Positions 53,501 to 64,000 of a DNA stretch of 64,000 nt are shown piece by piece. The DNA comes from Lama guanicoe (Eukaryota): assembly GCA_013239625.1 (NCBI GenBank), contig MU054831.1, positions 1,823,408 through 1,887,407 of the forward strand, given 5' to 3'. Both the position numbers and the translations under genes were made by a program. Under the pieces are notes generated by a model. The model was not told where the DNA came from and ran no database searches. It was given only the letters and a program-made list of their open reading frames with translations. Every line of letters begins with the position of its first letter. Position 1 is the first letter of the stretch.

Positions 53501-56473
53501 TAGCGGGGCTCTCCGATGCCCGACAGCACTGCTTGGTCGTGACCCAAAGGAGGTGGGAGGAGGGCAGCCCGAACCCCTTCGTCTTGAAAAGGCGGTTCAG
53601 CCTCCTGTGCTTTAAAGGTGGCCACATGTACGTGTGGGTTCTCAGGGTGGCGTCATGATGCCAGCTTGGGGGCTGGGGCCTCGGTTCACAGTAGCTCTCC
53701 TGCTGCACTGACCTCGGGTGGTGCCCAGGGCTGGAGCTCAGGGTCTGGGCCGGGGAGGGAACTTCGGAGGGTTCAGAGGAGGGAGAGCCACTAGGTGCTT
53801 CCGCGTCCAATGTGCCCTCGGGCCGGGGCTGCTGGTGCTCCCAGCGGAGAGAGCCACCCCAGTGCAGGGGAGACGGGGATGTCCAGCCCACGGAGAACCT
53901 AGAGGTCGGGACTGAAAACCAGTTTGTAGGTTCCATCTTGAATTTCCAAAACATGCTCTTCCTGCAACTTTAAATGCAGCCACGGCCTCCAGATACAGGG
54001 CCACATACCAACCTTCTGACTCCATCGAAGGAGTGTGGCTGGCTCCCATCCACCCGCAGCATAGCCGTCTCCCATCACGCGCTGTGGCGTCACTGTGTGG
54101 GTCCAAGACAAGGGCTTCTGGTGCTCAGGCAGCACAGGCCACGGGCCTGGGGTCGTGGCCCAGCCTGCCGCAAGAGGTGCCGGCCCAAGCTCTCCAGGCA
54201 CAGGGCCCACGCAGGGACGCTCGGAGGGCCAGGCACTCTGCTCTCGTGCCTTCCTCTGGACTCGCCGCCCCCGACCCCATCAGACGAAGCGGAGCTCCTC
54301 TGGGGTCGAGAGGGGTGCGGACCCTCTCCAGCTGGCTCAGGGCTCCCCGGTGTCTAGGGCGGTCCTGTGCTCTCTCTGCTCACCCCTCTGCTGGCCACCC
54401 CCGAGAGCTGAGGCACTCTGAGTGACCATGCTGGCACGAGGCTGGAGCACACACAGCTCAGGAGGGACCACAAAAGAGGCCACGCCAGTGTCCAGTCAGG
54501 AAGGAGGGGATGGAGGGTGGGGCGGCTGAGGGCTACGGATCCAGGAGGCGCTGGGCTCCCCAACTCCTCCGACTCCTCTGTCAGGAGACACGGGCCAGGA
54601 GGCCCAGCAGCCCCATGAAAGGCTGAGTCAGGAGTCCGCCAGGTCTGGCGCCAGGCTGCCTGCTGCCCGGGGGGCACCTGTAAGGCCTGCCTCACATGCC
54701 GTGGGGCTTGGAGCCAACAGCGTCTCACCCCAGGCTTTGCCAGGAGTCGCCGCCGAGAGCCAGCCCTGGCCTGACTGCAAGGCTGCCCTCGCAGACCCCC
54801 AGACAGGGTGCGTGGTTCCATCTGACTGCTCTAACAAGGGGGTGGGAGGCGGTCCGTTGAAAGGTCTCCAGTGATGTGTGTCAGCAGGCTGCTCTTTGAC
54901 TCGGGCGAACTAGCAGAAGGCTCACTGGGGACAGGACGAGGCATGTGGCCCACGTTCCCCAGGCTCGGGGGCAGAGCTGACAAGGTGGCAGCTGGAGGCA
55001 GGTGTGGGGTCTGCGCCAGCGCGGTGCCAGGCGTGTGAGCTGAGGGTCCAGCGCACAATGACCTGGTTTGGGGTTGGATCCCCCAGAACCTCCAAGCGTG
55101 GCTTCCATCTGCCAGGGCCCGACGGGAAGGGGCGCCGGGGTCTCTCCCCCTGGGCCCACACGCCCCACTGGGCTGCTCCCTTGTGTGGACCCTGCACGTG
55201 CTTCCCAGAGCAGCAGCACCCCAGGGCCCAGCTCAGGGCCTTTCAAGGCCGGGGGCCTAGACCCCCAGCACCGAGGGCGAGAGCAGGGCCAGCGTCCAGG
55301 GTGAGGCACTGGCGGTGCGGCCGTTCCCCTGGACGCTCCCCTGGCTCGTGCTCCCTGGCAGGAGTGGGCGCTGGGCCCGGGGGCTGGGCATCAGGATGGC
55401 CCCGTTTTCTCCTGACAACCTTTGCTCGTCTTGGACAGCATTCATTTTAACTGAAGTCACAAGTGGATCAAAGGTCCTGGTGGCATCTTGCGTTCCCGGT
55501 CAGCTGGTGATAGCCGCACGCGTGAGTGCTCTCCGAGAAGCACCAGTTTGCCTTCGAAGTGTCCAGGGCATCTCACCTCTCCTTCCCTCACGTGGAACAG
55601 TCTCCTTCCCTGTTTTGCTAGTAAAAGGCAGCTGATTTATATATTCAAACCGTCCTAGAGCCTTTTGAGTCTTAGAGCCGTTTGCTTTTTACTCACAATC
55701 GAGACCTCAGCCTTCAGCGGGGCCCGGGCCTGCTTCCGGGCTGCGCGCTCTTCTGAGGAGAAAACGTCCTTCTACTGAAACACTTCAAAAAGCAGGAAGC
55801 ACTTGTTTTATCGAGGTCTCTTTTTAATGCCAGAAAGTTGGACGGAGCCTCGTCCTCTGCCCCCGGGGCCTTTGATGAGGCTCCTGCCGGGCGCAGGGGG
55901 TGGTCTGGCACAGGCGGGCAGCCAGATGTGGACGGCAGCCCGCGGGGGGCGGGGGGCACCTGTGGGGCTGCGCCCCCGGGTGCCAATGCTGTGTCTGGGG
56001 GTCGGCCTTGCTCCCAAGAGCCATTGTATTGAGCAGCTCTAGCCTTAAGTTAGTCGCCACTGTTGGCGACAGTGGACAGTGACATGTCACTGAGATGTGG
56101 TGCGCAGTGTGGTGCAGGCTCGCAGGGAGCCCTGAGGGCTGGGTCCTCGGGAGGGACAGTGGGAAGGGTCTTCTCATGCCATGTGTCACCCCACAGGGAA
56201 GGTCTCTTGGGGCCAGTTTCCTATCCAGTTGCATGGCATTTCAGGGTTAAAGGCCACGCTTTCACTCAGCCTGAGTCTGAGGTTCGGGGAGCAGGCGGTG
56301 GAGGCGAGGAGGTGCCGCAGGCCTCGGGAAGAGGCTCGCGCTCAGGGACGTGGCCCCTTTGAGAAGATGTGGAGGGGCCGGCCCTGAGCAACTGGGAGCA
56401 GCAGTTGTGTGTGAGCGAGGCAGAGCCTGTGGTCTGCCTTCAGCCAGCCGGCTGTCCACCTCACACGCCCAGC

Positions 56474-56524
56474 CGTGCTCACACACACTCGTGCTCACAC
56501 TCGCTCGTGCTCACACTCGCTCAC
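56474..56524. repeat. Short tandem repeat (cgtgctcacactcgct-like), about 3 units
   Basis: cgtgctcacacacact cgtgctcacactcgct cgtgctcacactcgct cac. Confidence 0.7.
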
Positions 56525-58974
56525 CCAGGCCGCAGTGGCCGCCCGCGGGACGTGTGGGGCCAGGTGTGTGTGCTCCTGGTGGGGGCAGTGAGTCACCTCC
56601 CTGTCCGGCCCATCTCCTGGACCACGCTCAGCGACACTCAGAAGGTGGGCCCAAGCCCCATCCTTCACAGCTGAAGGAACCGGGCCTGCACAGGGGTGGC
56701 CACCGTGGTCACAGCGGCTGTGGGACAGTGGTGAAGCACTGACCGCCCAGCCCAGCAGCAGGGCAGCTCCCGGGGCCTCGTGAGTTCCGCCCCGTGTCCC
56801 CGCTGGTCCAGCTGGTTCTGTTACGTCCAGCACTGACCACTGAGCTCTCACTCTGTGGCTCGGGCATCAGGAAACTCCTGTGTTCATACTGCTTGGCTTT
56901 TGTGGTTGATCTTTTTTTAATGCTTGTCCTCTTCCAAGAGAATTTCAGCAGCTACAGAATTACCAGGGAGACAGAAGAGCAGGGAAATCAGAACGTGGGC
57001 GGGGAGGGCAGGGAGGGTGCCTGAGGTCAGTGCAAGGACACAGGGGGATGGCCTCGGGGTGGGGGAGTGGCCCGGGGTCCTGCGCCCCCCCGCTCAGTTA
57101 CTGTGGGTGGGACGGACACGTCTGAAGTCCTCCGTCCTGCCCGACAGCTTCCCCAGAGCTTGACCACGGAGCAGGCTGCCCGCCGTCCAGTCTCCAGGCC
57201 AGAGCCTGCACTGGGTGGGGGTGGGGGTCTCGTGTCCGGGCTGTGTCCCCAGGGCTGCGAGTCCCACTGTCCCTTTCCCCGTCCTCCAGCACAGGAAGGG
57301 ACGTGGGGTGGGGCCCTGGCCCCTTGAGGAGCTGCCCTGCACCCTCTGCAGGCGAGAGGGGACCCACCTGCCTGGAGTGTGCTGGCGTCTCCTGCAGCCC
57401 CTCCCAGAGATGGTGCCTCTTCCTGAGCCGTCTCAGTCGGGGAGCCTCACCACGGCCCTGCTGCGGGGACAAGTGCTCCCCGGTTGTACACGAGGCGCTG
57501 AGGCCGTGGGGCGGGAGCACGCCCTGGGGGACCCCTCCACTCTCTGCTGAGTCTCAGTGCTTTAACCTTTTCTCAAAAGGAATCATGTTTTTTTAGCCTC
57601 TTATGGTTCATTTTTGCTTTTTAAAAACCGTTCTAAAAGCCTTTGCCTCTTCACTCGAAGAGCTGTGAAAACAGGTTGCAAACTGGTCCCCAGACAAGTA
57701 CGGAGTCTGCTGCGTGGCCAGACGCGGTTCACGGTTCGCGGTTCACGCGCCAGGGCTGCCCGTGATTCCCCCGTGGAGGGAGCGAGTCACCCTGAAATAA
57801 CCGTGAGGGGCAGGTCTGGGGGTGGGGAGCATCACTGCTGGCCCCACCAGTGAGTGTGCTTCCAGGAGCGGCCATGGAAGAGCTGGGGCGGCAGGGACCG
57901 GGGAGGGGACTGCAGTCACAAGGGTGACCGTGTGGGTGGCCCCAGGGCTCCCCTCAAGAGGAGCCGGCAAGGAGACTAGCACAGAACCTCCACGGGTGGG
58001 CAGCGGTGTCAGGTGCCCCCCTGGGGGGGGGTGAGGACTGAAGACTGACCTTCGGAAGCAGTGCTGATGAAGCAGAGAGAACTGCCAGTCTCCTTAGAGA
58101 GAAGGGAAGAAGCTGGCCGGCAGGTCGGGGTGGCACGCGGGGTCCCATCTGCTCTGACTCTTAAATGGGAGAAGGTTGGCAGGTGCCTCCCAGGGGAGGA
58201 TCGTGGAGATGCGGGGAGAGCAGGTGAGAACAGCCTGCCTGCCGGCAGTGGGAGTGGGTCAGACCGAGCGCCAGGGCCCCCGTGGGATGTCTTCTGTCTC
58301 CTTTGGAGGAAAGGAAGGGCACCTGCTTTATGGCCAGGCCGTGTGAACTTGGAACGGGGCTGGGACCATGGCTGTGCGGCTGCCCGGAGGGGCTCTGATG
58401 GTGGGACAGGACGCATGCACCTGCGGACAGGGGCCGGTGTGTCCATCGCTTCACGTTTTCCTGGCCGGCTCAGACATTCCCAACAAAGTAAGAGTTTTGT
58501 GCATTCTGAAAAGGGTTCTGCCAGGATGTTTAAGGACCCTTTTCTCTTTGGCGCTATAACCCCTTCTTGTCACTTGAGACATGGGCACCGGTCAGCTACA
58601 GAGTGGAAAAGCCATTTCCGCACCCACTGCGACACTGCAGCCGCGGACAGCGTGTCAGGCCCGAGGGGCCCAGGTCTTTCTGTTTTGCTGCCCACGTCCG
58701 CCGAGGCGGCTTCTCCAAGCCAGAGCATAGGATAAGCCTCATTTCCGACGTGGTTCTGACGCAGCTCTCTCCCAAGGACAGATGTGCCATGGGGCCTGGG
58801 CTCTGCTCCCTGTCACCCTGGGCACACAACCCACCGACCCGGGTGCTCTCGGGGACACCCTTCTCCACTGCAGATGCCTGGCAGCTGGGGCAGCGGGGTG
58901 GTCCCCAGGGGTCCGTTCTTGCATCTCTTCCCTGGCCCCGGATGCACCAGGGTGGCCTGCGTTGGTGGTCACAA

Positions 58975-59064
58975 GGATAGACGGGTGGATGGAGGGGCGG
59001 ATGGAAGGACGGACAGGCGGACGGACGGACGGGTGGGCGGATGGGCAGATGGACCGGTGGACAG
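58975..59064. repeat. Degenerate (GGAT/GGAC)n tetranucleotide repeat
   Basis: ggatagacgggtggatggaggggcggatggaaggacggacaggcggacggacggac... Confidence 0.85.
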
Positions 59065-59219
59065 CGGGAGTCCTCCCTTTTTCTGTCCCCTGGCAGAGTG
59101 AGTGTCGGGTCAAAATAATCTGTTCCTTAACCAGGAGGGGTCTTCTGGGCCTTGGGTTCCCTTTGGGCGAATGAACCAAAGGAGTGATTGAGTCATCTTC
59201 TGTTCCTTCCTGAATTAAT

Positions 59220-60290
59220 TTTGGGAAGTTGTATTTTACCGGGAATGTTTCCGCTGCAGCCAGGTTTTCAGAATTGTTGACAAACGTTCACAGTGCTGAC
59301 CTCCCGCCTCCCATCTCTGCTGCGCCCGTGGTCCTGGTTCTCTCTTCGTTCCTAGTGCGCTTGTTTGTGCCTCTGCTTCAGCTCCCTTGGTCAGTCCTGC
59401 CAGGACTTGTCCATTTAATCAGCCTTTGCGAAGAATCAGCTTTCAGCCATAGGACCTCGTCGTGCGCTTCCGCCCCTTTCTGTGCGCTTTCTTTTTCCTT
59501 CTCTGGAGCTGCTCTGCTCTTCTGCTCATTTCTTAAACGGAGCACTTGCTTTTCAGTCTTAGTTTCAGTACGGGCACTGAAGGTTGTGAACGTTCCCCAG
59601 CGCCGTGTTTGGTGGCGTCTCACACACCGAGATGTGTGGCATGTTCATTATTTTTCACTTCTGAGTGTTTCCTGATTTCTGCTGTTTCTTCCTGGATCCA
59701 CGATTGGTGTGTTTCTTAATGTGCGGCCAATGGGGCTCGTGGTCTCTTTCTGTTACCAGTTTCTAACAAGCCGCACTGGGGTTGGCATTTACTCTCTGTG
59801 GGTACTGGCTTCACAGGCTAGTGGGTGGCCAGTCTGTGTAGGCGCCCCATGTTTGGAATGGCGTGTCTCCCTGCCTGTTTTACCGAGGTCCCTTTTTGTC
59901 CACGAAGCCCAGCTTGCTAACTGCTGTGGACACTTTGACAGCATGTCTCACTAGGTGCACACTTACCCATCTCTCCTCTTAGTCCTGTCCGTTGTCACTG
60001 CATACATTTTGAAGCACTTCTACTGTGTACAAATATTAAGTCATTGTATCCTTGTGATGAACTGGAATTTGTATCACTGTGTAGTGACGTTCTCCACGTG
60101 ACAGATGCGCAAGGTGTCCCCAGCCTCCTTCCTGCCAGGTTGCCCATGTGTTCCTTTCAGCCTCCCTCCGAGGTTGTACATGTTCCTTTTGCAAATAGCG
60201 TAAGTGGAGTCCATTATTTTTTGTGCCCTGGCCAATCGCCAGGCTTCACGTGGAGACTGGTCATCGCGGCTGGTTTAGTTGCTATTTTGC
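59220..60290 (-). mobile_element. Ancient L1 ORF2 fragment(s), antisense
   Basis: T-rich tract with 'aagaatcagcttt', 'gggcactgaaggttgtgaacgttccccagc', 'tacatttt gaagc', resembling antisense L1M ORF2; boundaries approximate. Confidence 0.6.
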
Positions 60291-60304
60291 AGCTGTCTGG
60301 ATGC

Positions 60305-60411
60305 GGGGGCGGTGATTAGTTTTATTTAATTTACTGGAGGGACTGGGGATTGAACTGAGGACCTGGTGCACACTGAGGGCACACTGTGCCCCGAGCCCCA
60401 CCCCCACCCCC
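60305..60411 (-). mobile_element. tRNA-derived SINE (camelid vic-1-like)
   Basis: 'gggggcggtgattagttttattt..tggagggactggggattgaac..aggacc'; reverse complement gives B box GTTCAATCC and the same 'ctaa(t/c)(t/c)acc..cccc' tail as the SINE at 35426. Confidence 0.8.
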
Positions 60412-60990
60412 TGCAGTCGTCCACTGTCCTTCAGATTCATTCCTCCCACCTTATTCTGCGCAGGGTCTGCCCCCTTTCCTGTAGCGCCTTCCTTTTCCTC
60501 TTTTCTTGCCTTCTCTCGGCATGGCTGAGGGGCCCCACGTTTCCTCTGCACCCGAGATACACAGCAGCGGCTGCTTTTCAGGAATGAGCCATTAATGCAT
60601 CTGCGCGCGCCCGTGACGTGGTCGCTGACCTCGCCCCCACAGCCACGGCCCTGACGGCCCTGGCCCTAGGGGGTCGCCAGTTAAACACCGGACACTCTTG
60701 CACTGAAATGCCTTGCCTGTCGAAGTTAGACGTAGCCAATGTCCTGTGTGTTCATCTGCTAAGCGGGCAGCCCCGGCCCGTTCTCCCCACTCCCAGCTCC
60801 GAGTCTTCCCTGACTGGTGTCTTTCTTTTATTTCACTAGTTAGACATCGTGGTTATTGCTTCCTGCAGCCCCTGTTTTCCCTGTTCATTTGGCCTTCCCT
60901 GCGTTTATGCCGTTTTCTTGGCTCGCCATTCGTTGCTCAGACAGCCATCAGGGCTCCTCGTCCCTCTGCCTGGAGCACCTTGTGTAGAGC

Positions 60991-61085
60991 CCCCCCCCCG
61001 GACAAGGGCCCCCCTCGGAGAAGGACTCCCCCCGCCTCAGAGAAGGGCCCTCCCTCGGAGAAGGGCCCCCCCCGGAGAAGGGCCC
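60991..61085. repeat. ~18-bp minisatellite (ccccctcggagaagggc), about 5 units
   Basis: ccggacaagggccc / ctcggagaaggactc / ctcagagaagggccc / ctcggagaagggccc / cccggagaagggccc. Confidence 0.85.
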
Positions 61086-61909
61086 GCGTGCCCGCTTCCC
61101 GGCTCGTTTGTTTTTGAGTCTTTGTTTCGCCCTCTTTCTTGAATCTCTTCTCCCTGTTTGCTTGTCTCCTCAGTCACGTACCGCATCAGTGTGGACTTCG
61201 GGATGTTCGTTCTACACCCTGAGAGTTCATTCAGGGCGTGTCACGTATTTGACTTCCACTTGGCCCCGTGTGTCCCTCTGACGTGCCCGCTGGCTTGTCT
61301 TTGGCATGTCCTTCCTGACTGCGCTGCGGGATGCCCCAGGCTCACCCCGCGTCTTCCCCACCCCAGCCCCGAGCAAGCCGTCTCCCCAGGGAGCCTGACT
61401 CCTGTCATCAGAGAGTGGCATTAGAACCCTGATTTGTTACCCCTGAGCCAAAGTCTTGCCGCCTTACTCATGTGCTTCCCGCTGCTCTTGATTGGAACGC
61501 ATGCCCCCGAGACCCGGACGGGCAGCGCTAACGGGCAGCCTGGCTTGGGGACACGTGCCTCACGAGAGCGCAGCAGTTCCTCAGCCAGCCGGTGGCATCG
61601 CGGACCCCGGCCACTGCAAACTGCCGCTCTCCACACGCGGTGTCTGGAACCTGGCAGCACCTCGGAGCTCTGTTCTTTAACCTCTGCTCAGGACTTTCCC
61701 ACCAGCTGCCCCACGGGGCCCGCCATCTGTGCACCTGCTCTGCCCGCTCGTCCGCGAGTGGGGTGGTGGGCACTGCGGCCAGGCCAGCTCGGCCTGGGCC
61801 TGTCCCCCGACACCTGACCTCCCTCGGCACTTCCTGCTCTGGTCCCGAGCCCAGCAGGGCTCCCCCAGTTTTGTAGGCTTGTCTGATTATTTGCACTGTT
61901 GCTGTATTT

Positions 61910-62034
61910 TTTTCATTGGAGAATAGTTGGTTTACAATGTTGTGTTAATGTCCGGTGCACAGCATAGTGATTCAGTTACATGTACATATGTAGAGACCTT
62001 TTCATAGTCTTTTCATTATAGGCAATGACCAGAT
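61910..62034 (-). mobile_element. Short L1 3' end with 13-bp TSD
   Basis: 'tttacaatgttgtgttaat..acagcatagtgattcagtta..tttcattatagg'; flanked by tgttgctgtattt (61897-61909) and tgttactgtattt (62035-62047). Confidence 0.85.
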
Positions 62035-62657
62035 TGTTACTGTATTTCTGCGCTCTATTTCCACCCACCGTGTTTGGCAGATTCTCTGCAGACGCTCTGG
62101 TCTGCCCTGCGGCCCTCCAGGGGCCTGGGGCCGGTCTGTATTCCCTCTTTCACCAGCTGCTGCAATACTTAGGAGGAACCCGGGGCAAAGGTTCCCGCTC
62201 CTAGAGGTTCTGCTCTCTCCCTCCTGTTCACCTTTTCCCCCATTACTGGAAGAAAGCCATGAACGGGATATTCAAGCACTCTTACAATTCATAAGAAAGA
62301 CCCTTATTTATTAGGGATATGAAAGTGCTGTTTCCCCTGATGTGATGCTGTGGTATCAACAGTGGGTACCAGGCTCACACGTGTGTGCCCAGGCCACTCC
62401 CAGACACCATCTATCATCTTGCTCGTATGGGAACCCACAGATATGCCTGAGCATCTCCTAAGAGAAATATCTTGAAGAAAATAAGCCTACTTTGGTAAAA
62501 TTTCATATAATAAGTACCAAAACCATAATTGGCTTTTTAAAGGTACTTACTCTGTTAGCAGGTACAGTTAAGAAAGAGATGCTCTGACCACCCCATTTGA
62601 ACGCACACGGGGAGCATCTCACATCCTATAACTCACTAAATATTCCTTCTTTCCCAG

Positions 62658-62742
62658 CTTGATCCTCTCCCAGAGAAAGTTCTACAGCAGAGACCCAATG
62701 CGAATGCTGTCCGGTCTATGGAGAAAGTCATCGAAATCCACA
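62658..62742 (+). CDS. HDAC4: HDAC4 coding exon (~exon 25)
   Basis: ttctttcccag|CTTGAT ... ATCCACA|gtgagt; 85 nt; [28 protein letters not shown]. Confidence 0.96.
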
Positions 62743-62944
62743 GTGAGTGGCCTGGCCCAGGGCTCACAGGGAAGCCAGCAAGGGAAGGGACCATCTCCCC
62801 CGCCCCCAGCCCGCTCTCATGGCCAGCTGCTTCCCTGGGCCTACATGACAGGGCCCCCTGCTTTCCACCAGAATTCCATGAGCTGCAGACTCTCATTTTA
62901 CCCCCATTAATTTCCCCACAAACTACCAGAACAGTGTCGTCACA

Positions 62945-63060
62945 CCACTATGCAGAGCAAAAGAACTGAGGCTCAGGGAGTGTGACGTCACTTGCTTCAG
63001 GTCCCCAGCTGCCAGGGGTGGGGCTTGGATGTGAACCTGTGTCCTAGGGTCTGGCTTCTT
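62945..63060 (-). mobile_element. MIR SINE core
   Basis: 'aactgaggctcagggag..cacttgc..aggtcc..cagct..ggatgtgaacc' matches the antisense MIR core. Confidence 0.75.
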
Positions 63061-63715
63061 CCTCTGACCAGAGAACCCTTGGCCCTGCAGAGACCCAGCG
63101 CAGGGTGCAGAGCACCTCTTGCCTTGAGCAGCAGGTGCTAGGGGCCCAGGGGGCTGGCACCCAGGGGACCTGTGCCACACTGCCCCTCAGGTGAACTGGC
63201 CACGCCCTCCCCACACGGCGTCTGTCCTAGGTCTCTGGGTGACACAGTCCTGGAGCCTGTCTGTGTCAGTGGGCAGAATCCAGGGATTCCCTGCTCCCAT
63301 GATGGGTTCCCGGCCCCAGAGCCATTACCCACAGCCTCCCCAGTGAGAAGCCCCTGTGTGCAGAGGAGACACTGAGAGCCTGGCTCTGGTGCTCAGGCCC
63401 CACATGGAGACCCCCATCATCTCAGGGGCTCCAGGGGGAGCCTTACCTTCCCGCCTGCTCCGGGAGTCGGGAAGCGACCCCCCCCCCACCCCCGTGCTGC
63501 CTGGGGAGCACTCGGCTCTCCCAGGAAAAGGAAGCTTTACCCAGGAGTCCCTGTCTTTGTGAGTCTGTACCCAGGGACCCCCAGGCTTCTGTCTCCCAAA
63601 CACGTGGTGCTTTCAAAGTCACCAGTGATGAGTCCTGCCTGAGAACCGCGGGCGCAGAGGGGCTTCTGGCCAGCAGGGTACACAGGGTCCGCTGACCGAG
63701 CCCCCGGCCCCCCAG

Positions 63716-63857
63716 GCCAGTACTGGCGCTCCCTGCAGCGCCCCTCCTCCACCGCGGGGTACTCCCTGGTCGAGGCCCAGAAGTGCGAGACGGAGGAAGC
63801 CGAGACTGTCACGGCCATGGCCTCGCTGTCCGTGGGCGTGAAGGCGGCCGAGAAGAG
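63716..63857 (+). CDS. HDAC4: HDAC4 penultimate coding exon (~exon 26) with nuclear export signal region (absent from the ORF track)
   Basis: ggccccccag|GCCAGTAC ... GAGAAGAG|gtgagc; 142 nt; (S)[46 protein letters not shown](R). Confidence 0.96.
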
Positions 63858-64000
63858 GTGAGCTTGCGCCGCCCCGGCCGTGGGTGGAGACGCGTTCCGG
63901 GGGACGACCCGAGTCTTTGCGCCTGGACCAGAGCGCGGGGCTTCTCCACGCAGGCCCTGCTGGGCTCCCCGGGGAGGGCGGGCCGGCGGGCGGGTGGCGG

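Noticed and set aside
60991-61085. Repeat array superficially like a CRISPR array
   Set aside because: Eukaryotic intron with head-to-tail units and no unique spacers or cas genes; it is a minisatellite.

Overview
Very GC-rich mammalian genomic DNA containing 19 consecutive internal coding exons of HDAC4 (class IIa histone deacetylase) on the + strand. They are equivalent to human exons 8-26 and total 2482 coding nt using the proximal exon-12 acceptor. All introns are GT-AG and all phases match, so the reading frame is intact from ...ASEPNLK to ...VKAAEKR. The N-terminal exons and the last exon lie outside the window. Introns hold old L1, L2, MIR, MaLR and hAT (MER58A, Charlie1) fossils, three short, younger L1 3' ends with target-site duplications, and two tRNA-derived SINEs resembling the camelid vic-1 family, which suggests camel or alpaca. 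There are two assembly gaps. Most entries in the ORF track are artefacts of high GC content. I found no evidence of a new multi-gene system. The most notable signals are (i) strong, patchy AT->GC drift visible by comparing repeat copies within the window, possibly extending to splice signals and protein sequence; (ii) a tandem acceptor adding 5 aa; (iii) an 87-nt in-frame, stop-free intron; (iv) a 411-codon intronic ORF running in frame into the exon preceding the deacetylase domain; and (v) an S->N change next to the catalytic His pair. Comparisons to human HDAC4 and to repeat consensi are from memory, not from searches.
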